From: Ferroglobus placidus DSM 10642
GTDB lineage: Archaea; Halobacteriota; Archaeoglobi; Archaeoglobales; Archaeoglobaceae
Length of the DNA stretch: 32,000 bases
Assembly: GCF_000025505.1 (NCBI RefSeq)
Contig: NC_013849.1
Span: forward strand, 420,001 to 452,000
Direction: 5' to 3'
Shown: piece by piece, positions 29,458 to 32,000 of the stretch
Layout of the letters: every line of letters starts with the position of its first letter
Position numbering within the stretch: the first letter of the stretch is position 1
Position numbers and translations under genes: made by a program
The notes under the pieces: model-generated
Told to the model about the DNA's origin: nothing
What the model saw: only the letters and a program-made list of their open reading frames with translations
The model's database searches: none

Positions 29458-29526
29458 TCTCAGCTGTAGCTTTCGGTAGTTTTGATTTTTGAATTTGAAT
29501 TTGAATTAGAGGTTAGAGGTGATTTT
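29458..29526 (+). promoter_or_regulatory. T/G-rich intergenic cassette 6 (with TTTGAA triplet repeat) plus Shine-Dalgarno site
   Basis: tttcggtagttttgatttttgaatttgaatttgaattagaggttaGAGGTGAttttATG. Confidence 0.45.
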
Positions 29527-30657
29527 ATGGGTAAGGCGGAAGGGATAGGTGAAAGCGGATACAGAAAGCTCCACAGCATCGCCCTTGAACTCTCCAATTT
29601 CTTCAAAGAGAGAGAGGAGCTGATAAAGCTAACAATTCTCGCCCTGCTCAGCAGGCAGCACATCTACATCCTCGGCCCTCCTGGGACTGCAAAATCCGCA
29701 GTTGCAAGAGCCATAGCTTCACACTTCAACGCAAGATACTTTGAGTGGCTTGTCACGAGGTTCACAACTCCAGAAGAGCTCTTCGGCCCAATCGATTTAG
29801 CAGCTCTGGAGAAGGGAGAATACAGGCGAATAACAGCAAACAAGCTACCAGAGGCTGAGATAGCGTTTGTTGATGAGATATTCAAGGCGAACAGCGCAAT
29901 ACTGAACTCTCTGCTGGCAATAATCAATGAGAGGATCTACCACGACAACGGAATGGTTATAAGGGTTCCGCTGAACACCCTGATTGCAGCATCGAACGAG
30001 CTTCCTGAGGATGAGAGGGAGCTTGCAGCCCTCTATGACAGACTCCTCATAAGGTACACGGTGGGATACATCAAAGATGATGCAAGCTTTGAGGAGATGC
30101 TGAAAGGGGGTGAAGAGTACACTCCAAAGACCAGAATAACGATGGATGAGCTGAAGGTGATGCAGGGACAGGTTGCCGGGATAGACATCTCACGGGTGAT
30201 ACCATCAATTGTGCAGCTGAGGAAATCCCTGAGGGAGAGCGGGATCGTGGTGAGTGACAGGCGCTTCAAGCAGTCCATATCCGTCATAAAGGCTCATGCA
30301 TTCTTCAGTGGCAGAAGTGCTGCAACGATAGACGATCTCAGGGTTCTGCAGCACATCATGTGGGACACTCCCGAGCAGATAAGGGCTGTGAGGGCGGTGA
30401 TCATGGACGCAGTCGATCCGTTTGCAAGGAAGGTGATGGAGTACAGGGACATAATCAGCGATTACTCATCCAGACTGCAGGGCAGGATAGATGCGGCGGA
30501 GATACAGGAGATAATGGCTAAGCTTAAGGTTGTTGAGAACGAAATCAAGGAGTTGAGCAGGATGGCTGTGAGCAGCGGGAGGGATACTGCTGAGCTGGAT
30601 GAAATCCTTGACGAGATACAGTCGCTGAAGATGAGCATGCTGGACAAGATGTTCTGA
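29527..30657 (+). CDS. MoxR/RavA-type AAA+ ATPase
   Basis: ATG at 29527 lies 4 nt after GAGGTGA. Walker A is ILGPPGTAKS and Walker B is IAFVDEIFKA. This is followed by NSLLAIINER...VPLNTLIAASNELPE, which is typical of the MoxR/RavA clade (from memory). Confidence 0.85.
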   Translation: MGKAEGIGESGYRKLHSIALELSNFFKEREELIKLTILALLSRQHIYILGPPGTAKSAVARAIASHFNARYFEWLVTRFTTPEELFGPIDLAALEKGEYRRITANKLPEAEIAFVDEIFKANSAILNSLLAIINERIYHDNGMVIRVPLNTLIAASNELPEDERELAALYDRLLIRYTVGYIKDDASFEEMLKGGEEYTPKTRITMDELKVMQGQVAGIDISRVIPSIVQLRKSLRESGIVVSDRRFKQSISVIKAHAFFSGRSAATIDDLRVLQHIMWDTPEQIRAVRAVIMDAVDPFARKVMEYRDIISDYSSRLQGRIDAAEIQEIMAKLKVVENEIKELSRMAVSSGRDTAELDEILDEIQSLKMSMLDKMF

Positions 30658-30754
30658 TAGGAGTGTATTACCTCAAAGCGAGCTTCAGGAGCGAAGAGGA
30701 GGCAGAGATGGCTGTCTTGGCGAGTTATCTGAGTTATCTTAATGAGGTGGTGGA

Positions 30755-32000
30755 ATGCTCGAAGATCTCCTCAAAATCTACGAGAAAGTACCATACACCG
30801 TGAAAAAGGACAGGCTTGACGACATGCTTTTCGGCAGGCACAGGGACAGGATTGTTGAGAAGGTGAAGGATAAGGTTAAGGAAGCAATACCCCAGTTTCC
30901 TCCATTAGTCACAGACACGTTCAACATTTTTCACAAGCCAGACCCGCAGTTTCTGGATGATAGCCAGATAGCTCCGGAGTTCAGGGTAAACAAGAGGGTG
31001 CTTGAGAAGATTATGAACACAGACACCTTCAGCGAGCTGAAGGAGACAACAACCCTTGACGATGTGAATTCTGCGATAGCCACAGCAATTCTCACGGAGA
31101 GGCTGTACGAGGAGCTTAAGAGTAAACTTGGGGAGATAAAGGAGCACACCGAGAAAATCCAGCAGCTGAGGAATCAGCTGCCAGGCAAGAGCGGAGAGGA
31201 TGTCAAGCAAGCACTCCAGCAGATCGAGGAGCACAGCAGGGCTTTACAAGGCATTGTAACACAGGGTGCTGTCAGCGTTGCTGTGAGAAAAGCCCAGGAG
31301 GAGTTTGAGAAGGTGCAGAATGCAATGGTAGCTCTTGGATTTGGAAATGAGCCGGGAAAACCAGTACAGGTTGACCCTGAGACAGCAATAAAGCTTGCCT
31401 CTGAGCTGAAAAGCAATGAACGGCTAAAAAAGATGGTGGAGCTGCTGGGGAAGATGCGGAACCTGCTGAAATCAACCGCCAAGGCCAAGCCGAGAAAGAG
31501 CATGCTTGAGCTGCACAGCATTACATCCGGCAGGGAAATCGAAAGATTGCTCCCATCAGAGATTCTGAAGCTCAGAAAATACAGGGTGGTGTTCCTCAGG
31601 GACTACTATGAGGGAAGGCTCTTACACTACGATTTGAAGAGGAGGGAGAAAGAGAGTAAGGGCCCGATAGTGATTGCTCTTGATCTGTCGGGATCGATGT
31701 CCGGAGCAAAGGAGCAGTGGGCCAAGGCAGTCTCGCTTGCCACAATAGATATTGCAGTGAAGGAGAGGCGCCCATGGGCCATTATAGCCTTCGACGCAGG
31801 GATAAAGGATGTTAAGGTGTTCAGAAAACAGCCGAAGCCCGAGGATGTTCTGGGGATAATGAGAATAGGAGCAAGCGGTGGGACAAACTTTGAAAAGCCC
31901 CTGAAAGAGGCAATGAAAATTGTTGAGGATTGCAGGGAATTCACAAAGGCAGACATCCTCTTCATCTCAGATGGTGACTGTAAGGTTGGGTGGGAATTCC
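30755..32000 (+). CDS. von Willebrand factor A (VWA) domain protein, 3'-partial (ViaA/CoxE-like partner of the AAA+ ATPase)
   Basis: ATG at 30755 lies 4 nt after GAGGTGGTGG. The frame is open to the window end. The MIDAS motif is VIALDLSGSMSG (about nt 31670-31705), followed by GGTNF and LFISDGDC. This ORF is not in the supplied track because it has no in-window stop. Confidence 0.85.
   Translation, partial: MLEDLLKIYEKVPYTVKKDRLDDMLFGRHRDRIVEKVKDKVKEAIPQFPPLVTDTFNIFHKPDPQFLDDSQIAPEFRVNKRVLEKIMNTDTFSELKETTTLDDVNSAIATAILTERLYEELKSKLGEIKEHTEKIQQLRNQLPGKSGEDVKQALQQIEEHSRALQGIVTQGAVSVAVRKAQEEFEKVQNAMVALGFGNEPGKPVQVDPETAIKLASELKSNERLKKMVELLGKMRNLLKSTAKAKPRKSMLELHSITSGREIERLLPSEILKLRKYRVVFLRDYYEGRLLHYDLKRREKESKGPIVIALDLSGSMSGAKEQWAKAVSLATIDIAVKERRPWAIIAFDAGIKDVKVFRKQPKPEDVLGIMRIGASGGTNFEKPLKEAMKIVEDCREFTKADILFISDGDCKVGWEF

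Larger units (their letters stand above)
22225..32000 (+). mobile_element. Putative integrated plasmid/virus-like element (left end; continues beyond window)
   Basis: The left border is a tRNA-like sequence. Fourteen mostly orphan genes are tightly packed on one strand with strong Shine-Dalgarno sites and reiterated intergenic cassettes. There is a divergent RHH regulator pair, a Csx3-like gene and a MoxR/VWA pair. No integrase was seen within the window. Confidence 0.5.

Noticed and set aside
11347-32000. Search by eye for an integrase, transposase, Cas1/Cas2 or other core cas genes, Rep/Orc/MCM, or ParA that would define the mobile elements.
   Set aside because: None was found in any frame within the window. 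The element boundaries, the mobility mechanism and the CRISPR affiliation therefore remain inferential.

Overview
The window looks archaeal and probably comes from a hyperthermophilic euryarchaeon. This is inferred from GGAGGTG Shine-Dalgarno sites 4-8 nt before most starts, AGG/AGA/AAG/GAG-rich codon use, TATA-like promoters, oligo-T terminators, and a Csx3-like protein that I remember as resembling the Archaeoglobus one. All homology calls are from memory; nothing was searched.

The window has three parts.

(1) 1-11.3 kb looks chromosomal. It carries two adjacent Ig-repeat surface-protein genes. One is a 1665-aa giant with two unusual Cys/Trp-rich KCGWK modules. A convergent three-gene operon follows (multipass membrane protein, acidic protein, transglutaminase-like protein), then an RHH regulator and a truncated DprA-like gene.

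(2) 11.3-22.3 kb is an accessory mosaic with very little coding sequence.
- A 3.3-kb gene desert is made of several unrelated repeat families.
- About 22 same-orientation GGGGTTAAT iterons sit in three clusters.
- Two inverted copies of a leader-like box, each followed by a degenerate CRISPR-like repeat/spacer array, bracket a 6.7-kb cassette of orphan genes.
- A ~245-nt GC-rich region folds into nested helices with five hairpins that share one C(UCC)G apex.
- An aberrant tRNA-Thr-like gene is present.
- Two direct copies of a D-arm-less tRNA-like element lie 1.44 kb apart.

(3) 22.2-32 kb is a plus-strand gene array typical of an integrated plasmid or virus. It has small overlapping orphan genes and near-identical T/G-rich intergenic cassettes. 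It also has a divergent pair of paralogous RHH regulators, a Csx3/Crn3-like gene, and a terminal MoxR-type AAA+ ATPase plus VWA protein pair. The VWA gene runs off the window.

No rRNA, integrase, transposase or core cas gene was seen in the window.

The best candidates for something undescribed are the C(UCC)G hairpin RNA, the inverted leader-plus-mini-array pair, the iteron-bracketed wHTH module, the tRNA-like elements and the element-borne Csx3.
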